Assembly: GCA_976226885.1 (NCBI GenBank)
Contig: OZ320313.1
Span: forward strand, 156,612,001 to 156,676,000
Reading direction: 5' to 3'
From: Iphione sp. A-MEVVRFRX5
Lineage: Eukaryota
DNA: 64,000 nt
Shown here: positions 28,120 through 41,114 of the stretch, piece after piece
Position numbering within the stretch: the stretch's first letter is position 1
How the letters are laid out: each line of letters starts with the position of its first letter
Program-made: the position numbers and the translations under genes
The notes under the pieces: model-generated
What the model was told of the DNA's origin: nothing
Seen by the model: the letters and a program-made list of their open reading frames with translations, nothing else
The model's database searches: none

Positions 28120-30376
28120 TACATGTAGTGTGGGTCATGCAACCATGGCCATTTCCACTGTATAACTGTACCTGGTGAACCCTAATCAGTGATCCTGGTT
28201 ATGGCACTGCAACCAAACTAATCTTAAATTATCCTCTGCGAACTCAAAACCCTGAGATTCTGGACAGATTGTATTTAGGGCATAGGGTCATGGACATTCA
28301 GGTTCTGGAGTGATATCTTGTAGCTAAAGTCCGGCCAGATGATTAGTTCAAAATATTTCATTTTGCTTTGGGAAAGAAACACTGTAAATTTCCTTCCATG
28401 GTTTATTGTGGTTGGCTACATTCTTGTTGGTAACATGACATTCATTCCTGCTATAAATATGGGCCCTGTGTGGCAAATAAACCAGTCTGCAGTTGGAACT
28501 TCCTTGTGGAACTTATCCTTCCTTAGATATATAACTGGATTAACCCACTTGAATGAACTATGCATACATATTTTTGTTCTACAAAATGCTCATTCAGTCC
28601 ACATCAACAATATGTTACTTGGTAAATTTTCCAGTGAAACTTATCTTTACAAAAATATCTAGGCGGAAGAATAATTTATTTACACCTGCTAGACGTTTAA
28701 ATTTGTGTTGACAATCTATCACTCAATTCTTATCCAACCTCTCATATTTCCTAAAGCACATGACAGGTTTCAGCTGCATAAACACGGCTCAAACGGATTT
28801 CAAATTTTCTTAGTTTCTTGGTGAAAATGGTTATAATGGTATGGTGTTAGAAAAATTACAGGTTAATTACGTCACGTATTTAAATTCAGCGTGCTATTAA
28901 CGAATTTCGGCTTGTGAAAAGCAAAGCTCCAAGGTAAACACGGTTAACAGGAAGATGAATCAAATTACAAACGAGATTCTCCCAAAACCAGGACTACCAA
29001 AGACAGATGTGTGTAATCTGGTAACCGTTTCGTTCGCTTGAAGAACAAGCGCGACATTCAGCACACGGCCTTCCTAAAGTTCACTTTCAGGCTTGAAGCG
29101 AAGAAGGAGATGGTTTGCCAACCGAGTGATTCCAACGTGAGGACGATATTAATTCGCCGCCCCCATTGAATCGAAACCCTCCTGTAATACACAGAGAGGC
29201 GAGCTTCACCGTGCCGACCGACCGACGCCTACCAAATGCTGCAATTGCCTTAAGACTTGCCATAATCCATTTTGGCCTGAACGCAACACAGGCAGTAAAA
29301 AACATCGTTCGTATAGCTGAGTCGTCATTCCGTAGTCCTGTCAGCCACTTCTCCAGTTAGTGACGTGTGGCTCAGGTAATAGACCACTTGGTCTGCGAAT
29401 AAACGCATTAAAATTTTGCGAAGCGAAATAATAATTGTGTGAGTTCCTTTCAGTAAAACCCTCTAAATACGTGATCTCTTATCACAGCATCCAAGAAAAA
29501 AAATCTAAAACGTGTCCTGATAGAAAATCACGTATTTTTGTTTTTTTCACCCTCACTGAAAACCATGTCTTTCGGTGAAAACCGAGCGTATTGCATAACG
29601 TAATTGTGAAGTCCAGAAAATGATACACCGAAGAACAACAAATAAATACAGATATGCCTTAACTGATTTAAGGATTTGCTTTCTCATTGTGTGAAGTAGC
29701 TGCTGTCAACTAAAGAGGTATGGGGTACACAGAAGGCAGATCCTTTATACTGATCTGGTCGCAAACCTATGAAGGGAGACTGAGGTGGGACAACTTCTCT
29801 GGTAGAAGTCAGGGATTGTGCCCATCTCCATCTCCCCGTGGAATTCAGCCAAGGTAGTGTGCTTGGCAAGATACATAACACTCCACTATCACATTGAGAG
29901 CTCTGTGTGCTAGTAATGTAATATGGCATGTCAGTGTCGTATGAGGTGGTTTTCTGGCTTCCTTATCGCCGCGTGGCCCATTTAGGAAGGGCAAAAGATG
30001 GAAGGTAGAAACGACATTTTATATTGACCCAAAGAAGACCGAGGATACAGGAGTCGAGGTTAATGTTAGACTATCAGCTGGTCATCGACCCATTCAATCT
30101 GATACATTATGACTTGCCTATCATGGCGCGACAATATATTCTGGTGAAGTCCTCTGGGAAACCTGACTAATTGATTCGTTCCTTGCTTTACAAATACAGT
30201 CAACACGCAGTCAAAGACGAGATCACAGAACAGACCAGACCATGTCTTAATAGAACCAATGGTTTATTTCTTCATTAAAAGATATCACGGGGGATACAAG
30301 ACTACAACAGAGACCGGATTTGTTGGGTCTTCAAAATGCATCCTTATTCTAATATTCTTCCTGTGTGGAATTTCTA

Positions 30377-31403
30377 AGGCGTGTTTCTAGTTGCAACCAG
30401 CCAAAAGCATAGGTAGGGAGGGGGGAAACTTATGTCTTATTATCTTTTTTGTTTAACTTTATTTTTACTTCCTTGCTCTGGTTTTCAGCAATAATAAAGG
30501 CAATATGAACGCCTTGCATGGGTTGGTTTCATCACTATGTGCCTTGCACATAGAATATACACAGACTAACACTTCTCCAAAAGCGATTTGCTCCTTTCTT
30601 CATTTGAGCAAGGACAGTAATAATTTATATCATATCAGCTAATGGAAGGCCACCATATGGGATTACCATGGGGTCCTGACAGGTCATCTCTCTGAGATAG
30701 GCTAAAAAATCACTTTTACTCTATGCAAATAATTCACATTGCTTTACTAAATTTTCAGATTTAAAGTCTATTCTATATTGGCCTTGTGTATTTACCTCCT
30801 CCTGTCTCTTACCTAAATTGTGAATTTCCTTAGACATGTCTATTTACAGCCATGACAGTGTGTATTTTGGAGACATATGGATTATACCAGGACTCTTTCC
30901 TTATACATGCATTATGTAGTGTGTTTAGTACATGTAACATGTTTTCATGCACATGCTGCCATTTTTTTTGGAAAGTTTCCCATTTTTTATGGCCATGTGT
31001 GCATGTTTTACACCACAGTATAGGGAAAGTAGGATTGAAATGGCTTTGTTAGCTATGTTGCATACAAAAAACAATCTTCTACCCAACTTGAATGGATTTC
31101 ACCACTTTCAGTGAAAATTTCATGGGTTTTGTCATTTTGCAACCAAATTCACATGAACCTTGCTTTTTTCTGGTCCACTGTAGATGAAATTCACTGTTCT
31201 TCCATACTTTTACCAATTTACATGAGTTTTGCTTTTTTTTGCTAAATTTGCATGGAGTTTTCTTTTCCCACCAAATGTACCTATACCTGTCTAAAGAAAT
31301 TCACCCTTGGGAACTCTATGATGCAAAACAATTTTTAGGTAGGGTGAGGTTTTACTATAGGTGGGGGTGGGTAACCAAAAACACACATACATTTTTTTTG
31401 CCC
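30377..31403 (-). mobile_element. Family A long copy (about 1.03 kb), inverted relative to copies 1 and 2
   Basis: 30377-30510 matches the reverse complement of the 3' end of copies 1/2 (GTGTTTCTAGTTGCAACCAGCCAAAA...AGGTAGGGAG). 31210-31403 matches the reverse complement of their 5' end (AATTTTTAGGTAGGGTGAGGTTTTACT...GTAACCAAAAACACAC). About 680 bp of extra internal sequence. Confidence 0.8.
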
Positions 31404-32208
31404 AACTACCGCATACTCTGCCAATCATCAAAATGTTTGACGATTGGTTTTACATGTATATCAACGACCAGAAAGGAAACGGATGAATTGGGACATCAAT
31501 TGTGCGTCGGAAAGCGTAGGATTACAAAAGAAGGATTTGTGAAAAAGTTATTATCCACCACATCGTTGAAGTCTCACTGATGAAACCGAAGAATTGGTTT
31601 TGATAAGCTCGTCTGTTAAATCCACACAACAGGCTCGAGGTTTATTGAAATCAGATCTTGATTCTTTTGACGGATTTACATAAGCTGATGTAAATAATTA
31701 ACAAGAAATATCCCTTTGTATAGTTCTAGCAACAACCATCAATATATTTGTTGAAAACTATATTGAATTATTCCATCCGTATAAATTGACGCCGTTTCAT
31801 TGTTTCTGTGTTGTCCATTTTGTCGTAACTTTGATCATAATAAGTTGTGAACATGTCACTTAAAACCTGCCATTCATCCCTATGAAAACTGATGAGTTGT
31901 GTAAAACACTCGTAATTAATAACCACTGACTGTCAACGTTACTCCGATTTAATTACTTTAAATAGAGCATATTTTCATTTTCTCAGATTTCGTGCTAGTG
32001 CAAATGTGTACGTATGGATCGATCAATAAGAGATAGTCTAGAATATCCTCGTGCAAATTAATACGCGCACTCTACCGATGAGTCGACGCTATTGAATTCC
32101 TTATCACTCCAGTCCACTGGTGTTTTGTTTGCCTCTTTGTTAATATTTATAATATTGTGTGTTAGGGTGAGCGTGTGTTTGTTTGTGAGTTTCTACAGGG
32201 GAGTTTAA

Positions 32209-32223
32209 GGGGGGGGGGGGGGT
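32209..32223. repeat. Poly-G tract (15 nt)
   Basis: Read directly. Confidence 0.9.
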
Positions 32224-33862
32224 GCTGAGAACTAGGGGAGCAGGACCATGTGTGTGAAAGGTTTACCTGTTGAGAGATTTATGCTGACACCATCAATAAT
32301 TTAACCGTCCCATGGGCGGCCAGGTCGCATGGAGTTCTCGCGGCTGTCAAAGCTGGTCGAAAAAACGGCAGTAATTTCCGCAGATCTCAGAGTCCCGTGA
32401 CGGGCTCATAGGTTTTGTAAAGGTAATCGCCTTGCCTACAGGAAGGACCTAGTTCTTTGGAATCGCAGTGTTACGTACCGGGGAATGAAACATAGAAAGA
32501 TGCAAAAAAGGACTAGTACCTACTTGGGTGGCGAAACCCAATTCTTCTGTAGGTGGAATGTTGCCGAAAACACCGGGAGTCATAAAATATCTAGTTTCGT
32601 GAATAACGTGATCAAATAATCTTATCTCAGCTATAAAAACGGGTCGCTGGAAGCAACAGCTTGGATGCAGTGAAAAGGGCTGAAATGATTGAGTTTTAAA
32701 TCAACCCTGAATCATTGTAAAACATGACTGCCTCCTTCAACACAATAAATAGTCTCCTCATAATGCTTGGGATGTAAATGAAGTTCAGACCAGTGATGTC
32801 TCAGAAAATGTATTTGTGTGAGTCAGGCGGCGGCTACGATGAAATCAACCTATTTCCGTTATGTGGAGGTTGTTCTCATGTTACCCCACCCTCACCTACG
32901 TGTTATGAGTCGTTCGATGTTGACAGCAATGAAGCTGGGCCAAACGGTCACGAAATCGAGGAACAATTTATTTATACGTCTTGGCCCACAGAAGACGGTG
33001 ATGGGTGCGGCGGCGGTCACTATGGTGACAACATGAGATGCCGGGTTGCATGACTGGCCGCTGTAGAACCCCGCGTAGTTATCAGTTATGGGAGACGGCG
33101 AGGAGACGTCACGTTCTACCAGGCAATGTTTAAAACTATCCCTGTCGTTCCACGTTTTGGTATTATTGAGCAGAACCCATCAATCTCCATGAGCGATGCT
33201 GTAAGAAATATTCTGAATGAAATAAATAACGCAAGGTTAATTGGTGTAGTAAATATTAAACGTCAGTACTTATATTTGACGTCTCATCTGTATGACATTA
33301 CTTTCGCTGCAAACCTATCTTATAAGGCCCCAAGAGAATTTCGTTTCCAAATCGGTCTTTCTCATCCGAGCGTTAACGAACATTGACCACTCGTTCACTT
33401 TGGGTTTTGGCAATCTCTAATGAACATTGACCTCACCTCGGAATCGAAGTATTCTTGCTATGTCAAACCAACATCTAAACCTGCATAAGAGATTTTGGAC
33501 GAAGCTGTTATTCATAGGTGAGCCATCTACTATACCCACTGTTGTTTACAGACTGAATTCTACAATGTGGCGCACTAGCCAGCGATAAGGTTCGCTGTGT
33601 TATTGGCTGGCGTGTCCTGACTCACGCACAATTGATCCAGGAAAAACGAAGGGATGTACGCTGAAGCAAATATGTTAAAACAGGAACTTGTACCCAAACG
33701 CTTTGTTGCTGCACATTGTGCAATGAGTCTGCCTTTTATTTGGTGTAACTTTGACACGGGCGTGTGCCCAGTGTAATTGCTGGCTGTGGTGTAACTGTGT
33801 ATTAAATGTTGAGGACCGCCCAAGGCGGTATCTTTCCACCTGACTGACCATAGAAGCCCCAG

Positions 33863-34331
33863 ACTTACTTAAGCTGCTCGTTTACCTAAATCTTGATCAC
33901 CGCTGACCGTCCGGCCGGGGGCGTAGGAAAGATGTGATGTGTCAAAAGATAACACATAGTATTGACGTCGAAAATTCCAATCTTTGGTGTGAACACGCCC
34001 CCTCCCACACTCTCTGCACCGATCTCCACATGTCTTCTGTAGTGCTGCACCAAGAACCTGCACTGATTGGCTCTGAGAGGCATTTCATTGGTATCCACCA
34101 CACTTCCGACACGGGGCTATGGAAGATGGAGAGGAAAAGTGGCATCACGCTTCAAAAAGCATCAGCAAAAGACATCTTCATTATGCCGAGCTCCGGACTC
34201 GACTGCCACGCCTCTCGCGGCGTCTCGAGTAAGTAGGCCTAGCCTCACATTTAATGGCAGTCTCTCTCAGGCTTCCTGATTGGCTGCCTCCTCCACCCAA
34301 GTGGCCAGGGGCAACAGCATCTGTGATTGGC
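33863..34331. promoter_or_regulatory. Promoter-like block (3x CCAAT, Sp/KLF, ETS) with outward-facing splice donors
   Basis: TGATTGGC at 34064, 34277 and 34324; CACGCCCCCTCCC near 33993; CACTTCCG near 34101. GTAAGT donors on minus (33863-33868) and plus (34229-34234). Confidence 0.4.
34119..34228 (+). CDS. Candidate first coding exon (MEDGEEKWHHASKSISKRHLHYAELRTRLPRLSRRL-), unrecognised
   Basis: ATG with G at +4 downstream of CCAAT/ETS motifs, open to a CGA|GTAAGT donor (phase 2). No homology recognised. Confidence 0.12.
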
Positions 34332-34975
34332 CTGTAGACACGAGAAGAAATGTCGTGAGGAATTTTAAACCAAATAAAGAATTTGAACATTGCGTATTAA
34401 ACCCTGAATTCATTCCTAAATGCCGCAGGGTTATCGCCTTTATAACGCCACTGATGGCAGACACAATTCGTGAATGCCAGAATGATGTATTCAAATGTCA
34501 GTTGTTATTGCCAGCAACCACTGTACACAGTTTTGGGTTCATCGGGGTATCGTACAACAACAGATTGAAGCTCATATTTTGACATGGGATGAGAAACACT
34601 GATGTCCAGAAATTACTTAGTGACAAAAGAAGCCATATTCCTTTACACTAATTTAGAACCTCGCGGACAGTAAACTGGTTGGGTCAGAAAGTGAAGATGT
34701 GATAGCAGCTGCATTAAATCACATATGCACCCACGCATTTTCCGCCTCAATTCACACCTCTTTCCATCTGTATCCTGGCGCCTTGCATCGAAACTATCTC
34801 CTCGTAATATTCACCCTCCGCCCATGTGGGTCGATTAATCATTGAGAGTACAGCTGATATTCACCGGCCCGCATATTGTCGCCATGTTGAAACGTCGCCT
34901 TCCATCAACGTGCACTGACAGTGGTAACAGAGGCTACGGGCTCGAGAAATAATGACCTCAGCAGCCTATTTGTAG

Positions 34976-35008
34976 GACCTTTACCCTGAAACTGGTCTTT
35001 GGGGCCAG
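34976..35008 (+). other. Candidate 33-nt exon
   Basis: TATTTGTAG acceptor and CCAG|GTAAGA donor; frame-preserving length. Confidence 0.15.
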
Positions 35009-35232
35009 GTAAGACCTTGCAATAGCATTCTCTGACGAGTACGGCCCTGCTATTGCGAAGATATGACCTGCTGACAAGTGCAAAGCCCGGGTAAGAGTCT
35101 GGCCTGGCCGGTAGCAAGAGGCCTTAGTGAAAGGCTGACCGTGAATTGGGCATGACATAATGTTGTTGTAAGACATGTGTTTATATATTTAGAAATTAAA
35201 ATTTAAAATTAAAACTTCGACTTTGAATGCAG

Positions 35233-35260
35233 CGAGACAGTTGATACGTTATGTAAGAAG
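35233..35260 (+). other. Candidate 28-nt exon
   Basis: TGCAG acceptor and consensus AAG|GTAAGT donor. Confidence 0.12.
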
Positions 35261-36937
35261 GTAAGTGCCTAGCCACACATGTAACATTGGATATCACTAT
35301 GACAATACGTCCTGTTGCTCTATATCTATATATAATACATATATAGCATATATACAGATACATCTACATAGCTGAACTACACTATGGTAAATGTGTTACT
35401 CTATCCTAAAGGATGCACTCAATGGAGACCTACAAAGAGATCTAAGCTTCGGTTTCGAAAATGGCCGGAGTACCGCTAGGCAATACCACTTGTCGAGTAC
35501 AAGTCTGGGTCTGACAGAGCATGCAGCTAAGCAGATGGATGAGACTTAACCTCCGAGTACCATTTGTCTGGTGGCTAGTCATATTTGTATCAGTATAACA
35601 ACCATCCATTGCAAACGCTAGAGGATATTAATACGTTACTGATCGTGGCGCTCTTTTCACACAATTATCATTACGATCTTAGTACACGAAGTCATCAAGG
35701 TGAGAGTAGCTATTTGCCCTTAATACAAGCATACTATTGTTGCGGCAGTCTACCACCACTGCCCGTATATCCACCATTATTAAGACCAGCACACTAAATG
35801 ATGACTATCCCGTAACACCTGTTACGCTCTGAGGACAATGGCAACGTTAGTCATTGTTCCTGTTTGCACAGGTTAAATAGGGAGTTATCATCGGACACAA
35901 TAGGTATCAGTGGTGATATTGACACGATCATTATTGCTGACGAATCCCAAGCCATCTTTCGATCATGTGTCGACAGAAACGAGAAAATCTAAACTTAGTT
36001 GCAGTTCTGTAGCAAACTTGATATTAGAAGAATCGTTTCTACAAGTATATGTACCATTGGGTAGTGCAACCCAAAATAGTCAACGGCTTCCCTAGAGAAA
36101 ATGATCCGAAATTGTTACTGATAATAGTACGGATTAAAAATCATTTGGACAACTCTCACCCAGTAACTCGTATGCAGAAACATGACATTTGGTTTTGTTC
36201 TACCTATCCATTAATAGATTATCACTTTCTGTTACAGGACGAAACCAGAAATTTGCCAGATGGTCGACAGAGGTACAGTTAAAACTCGTTAACCAGACAC
36301 CCCCCGTCACATCGATTTTGGTATGGATCTAACAGATTTTCCAGTTGACAAAACAGGAAAACATTGAAAAAAAACATTCGTTCCTTCAGTTGAGTCCAAT
36401 TAACACGGTTTTCTGAATAAGTTTGGTAGGCGAGGTTCAATTGTATATCTTGAGAACTCATTGTGTACACGACCGTCACTGGGAGTATTGAGATTAGCAG
36501 ATGGCTATTTACATCTTTCTATTCAGTAGAGAACTGAAAGGTTGATTGAGAATCAGTGAGTAAATAGCAATCAAAACAGATGCGTTCCTCTATCACAGAT
36601 ACATGTGTAGCCCGTCTAACAATGGCATGCAGGACTAATTTCTGATAATGACCCAAACCTTCCTCTTTAGGAGTCTTACTTCAAATGAAATCATGTGGGA
36701 TTCAGTCGAGTGACATGGAATATGATATAGATATTATATATGTTGATAATGCAAGTCTGAATATATAAAACCGTCGTCCTCCACTCGACTCGAGGGATAG
36801 GATGAACACAAAACTGCAGCATCACACAGCTTTGGGACGGGGAGTGACAAGATCAAGAAGATTACCCCAGGGTCTCAGCATAGAATATAGACTCTGATCT
36901 CATTACATGAAATGGCTCCACTCATATGCAAAGTAGC

Positions 36938-36962
36938 GTCTTATGACAATTTGTCATAAGAC
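36938..36962. repeat. Perfect inverted repeat GTCTTATGACAA-T-TTGTCATAAGAC
   Basis: 12-bp perfect arms with a 1-nt spacer, read directly. Confidence 0.9.
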
Positions 36963-39900
36963 CAAGTCGTAGCCAAATTAACGAAATGGAAGACAGTTCT
37001 AATTCGATGAAATGTCTGCCACATGAAGCAATGGGCGGAGCTACATATATACGAGACCCTAGTAACAGTTGCCAGGCATAGAATGTTCGGCAAAAATGGC
37101 TCAGGGTTCTTATTTTTAGATCTTAAAGTGCTGACACGGAACCAGATACGTATTATGCGCCTTAGTCATACATCTACACCCATATTCCGCATATAAGTGA
37201 AGTATCAGTTTTATTGAAACATCCTGCCTAACGGTCCATAGTTATCGCTGATTGCACAACCTAAGTTGCTGCGGAGGGAATGTGTTGTCAGCTGGAACCA
37301 CTAGGGAGAAAGTCGATTCACTAGTGATCCTAATCTTCAGTCATCCATGTAAACAAGTTAAGTAAACCATCGCGGCTGGTCTAACTGACCACAGCTGTAC
37401 ACATGTATACGGTATGCGTGCATAGGGTTTATTTATTTGAAGGAGGTAATATGGCCTTGGCTACCCACTTACCACCGACGTCAGGTGGAGATAAGAGGCC
37501 GATTGAATTATACATGTACCTGTTATGGTATACATGTTGGTCCTTCGTTATCTACCTATCCACGGGAATACCGCCCCCATCAGGCCTCACGATGCGCCTG
37601 CAGTAAATCCAGACTTTTCAACTCCGAAAGTAACCACACGGATTTCAACACTACATCTATCAACAAGTCCTCTGCATGAGAATATATGACAACGAATACT
37701 GAGCCAGAGCTACCAGAAACAATCACTCGCTAGCGGCCCTTCGTCACCAGAAGGATAAACTTATAAAAAAAACGTATACCAACACCCTAACTACCATGGT
37801 AGGACGTGTGTATCCAGAGCGGAAACTGGTACCAGAAGAAATTGGATACTGCAACCTGTTTATGTATAGGTGTAAATTTGAGCATTCTTTAAAACATATC
37901 GTCTTCTAAGAAATCCATAAAGGAACGAAATTCAGCAAAAGCAACCCCAAACTATTGATCATTGTTAGCATCTTCAGCCACTTTGAAAACTTAAGGTTGG
38001 AAAGCAGTCCAGTGTCTAATATAGCGATATTCTTCACGTTTGGTGACACTTTTATTGCGGTCTGCAATGTAAGTCTGTTACCAACAACATAAAACGGTAC
38101 TGCTATCTGTCTGAACTCACGGCGAATATATAGCTTCCCTGACATATCTATACAATCAACCCCGAACAACAATATTTTCGGTATAGTAAAGCCAGGCAGT
38201 AGCCATTGGGCTTTTTCTCTAGAGTCGATGATAGAAAAGATGTTGGTATTTCCAAGGACCAACCGGCAATGTCATTTCCTAAACCAGATTTCACTATGCA
38301 AGAGACCAACTTGGAGCTAACGTAACGCTCGCTTGCAGAACACAAGCATTCCTCTTTAGATTACAGTGGAGATGGACCCATTCGTTTAATCCAATGATCT
38401 TCTGGCCTTCTTCGCCGGATTACATGCATGATTTTTAGATTTGAGACATTCACCCCTGCTTTGCATACTCCTAAATAAACGTTAGATGAAGGAACTGATA
38501 CCTTCCCACATGTATACATATCGAGTATCGGAGGGAGAGTAAGTTTAGGTTCACTGTGCATCTTTTTTTGCTAGCAGAGCAATTGTTTTCAGCAGCTTGA
38601 AGGAGGTCATTTAGTAGAAATTAAGGAAAACATCACGTAGGGATATTAACTGGAAGAATATGCTCTGTTAAACTTGATTTTATTGTGAACGTCTCTAAAA
38701 CTTGATTTTTATTGTCTGATCACTCTCAAGAAGGAATTAGGTGCAGCTCTGTTGGTGACCATTATACCTGAACGCCCACAAGACTGTCATCATGATGACT
38801 GAATACACACAGACCAACTGCTAACAACTCCTGCATATGAGAGAGTGCATGTAAGTGCGTCATTGCGTTTGTGTGCGCGGGTTTGAAATATTTGCCTTGT
38901 AAAGTTGCGTCTCAATGTAAAAAAGTAGGCTTTTTGTGGTTATAAGCAACGACGGTAAGAAGAAAGACAGACAACTCTGGTAATTTGAGATAAAATTTGA
39001 AAAGGTGCACTATAACAAGGTAGACTTTCTTCTGACTATATAGATCATTTATTCATAAGAACTATATGTTGGATGGACCCTTTTCTTAATTCCTTGTCAA
39101 TACGCAAAGGGGAATCTGAAGCAATGAGTAAATGACTGTTGGGATCAATTTAACACATTCTCAGTGTGAGAATTCCCTTGGGTACACCGGAAAGCACCGT
39201 TTAATGGGCGAGCGGCCAAACCAAATTGCAGGGAAGAAGAACGAATCTACATGTATATAATATTGGTGGAAGGGCGAGTCTGTAGGTAGTTCAAAATATT
39301 ATCGTTTTCCAGAGTCCGTCTAATGAGTTAGAACTGAGAATGTGTGTATACAAAAGGGAACCTCTCACAGTGAATCATACCAGGATAAATGCGTGTAAAT
39401 TTGTTTCGGTAGCACGAAGAGGTGCGCCTATGCAGATAGCAGAGGCGAATAGGAGTACAGGCCTAAACTTAGTACATTCGTGGACATCACTGGCCAGGTT
39501 GTGTATTGGTGTCTCATGGGCAGCTATAGAGAGGCTGCGGTCTGAGCAGCCTGAAGAAGGTGGCGGGCTCAAGCCTGGTCTTTCACTGGGATGATCTCAC
39601 ACCCTAGGTAAACTGTTGTGGGGGGGCTAGTGACGGGATCCAGGGGTCCTGTAGACGCCTCAGACACATGACCTGCACGGCCATGGCGCCGTCAGTCACA
39701 GGAATCACTCACGCAGACCAGCAAAGTGGCTTCCCTCGGGAGCAGTAGGCCATGTAGGGACGTTCGCAACACAAAAGCCTCAACGACCAGCTCCCCTAGT
39801 CTCAAAGTATAACGAATAGTACTGTAATGTAATATTGGGGAAGTAATTGGATGGTTTCGGTTTTTGTTGATTTTGAAGAACGATGATGGCTCGGTAAGCG

Positions 39901-41114
39901 CTTCGTCTTGAACAGATAGTTTCAAACTTGTTCCCATTATTTCATTTTCTTCCAATAGTTAAAAGTGTAGAATGATGGAGTAAATGGGAAAGGATTACCC
40001 GATCCGTTTAGGGATTTGGTGCATGAACGTTGAAATTTCTACAGCAAAACTTATATTTACAATACAGAACGAAAGCCAGATTGCTCGCATGTATTTTGAA
40101 AATGACCAAACGTCTCTCCACTGACGTTTTCATCAGACCTGCACATAAAGATTACATGCTGCTGTGTGTAAGAACAAATAAAAACAACGGGTGCCAGCCC
40201 AAGAGGGAAAGTTACTGGGTATAGGCGCTGGTTCCAGTAAACATAAGAAAAAGGCAGTGCAAATAGAAAAGGGGGTATCATACAGACATGCTTTAGATAT
40301 GATGGGCAACTGGTTGCAAGACTAATAAAGCCTGAGTTTCAATGAAACATCAAAGTAGAATCACTAAATTTGACGCCCATGATGCGAGAACAAGAGGCAA
40401 TTTCAATTACATTCACAACAGCTATACTTTTACCCGCATGCACACCCTTACGGATGGATTGTATGCATGACGGTCTGGAGAGAGAATAAATGCTGGTGTA
40501 TTTATAAATGTGTACATATATGTTTATGTCGGTCAGCGTTTCGACTAGTAACCATGTGTAGAAGACCTTTTTTGCGCCATGCCTGCGTAAATGTGAATAT
40601 CATCCTACTTGATACGTGTATACATACGTGTTTAGACTGTCCTTTGTCTGTACCCATAATGGCTTTTGCTTGAACCGTTTCCAGTCCTCGCGTGTGTCCG
40701 GCAGTGCGTGGTTGACTAGTCATGCCAGGTGGTCTCATGCACTTAAAACCCTAAATGATCTGCCACTCAGGGATACAATAGTCACCCGACGCTGAGTGAT
40801 TCGGAGGCTAAATGCGGCCACTGTTGAGCTACTTATCTACCGACTGCGTTTTCTTTGCATGAACGAATAGCTTCTACATTACAAGCTTGAATTCTAGTAG
40901 AAATGAATTAGCTTACCGTTGCTAGCGATATCTAGTTGCCCCCTGTGTGCGCCTCTTGAAATGGTGATGTAGCCGTATCCATCGACTGGCCGTTGCAGCT
41001 AAAGATGGTTTGACAACCTTCTCATCCGATTCAGGCTGGGAGTTTCCTCTTTCATCGAACCGTCTCAGACCTCCCCATATCCAAATTAAATTTTAATAAT
41101 AAGGGCAGTGAGGA

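Noticed and set aside
29111-29125. WFANR peptide resembling homeodomain helix 3
   Set aside because: The context LKRRRRWFANRVIPT-stop lacks the preceding helix residues and the following basic tail; not a homeobox.
37906-38262. 118-aa ORF with VPFYVVGNR, reminiscent of the small-GTPase G4 region
   Set aside because: No P-loop, wrong spacing to any DxxG, and no NKxD; coincidental.
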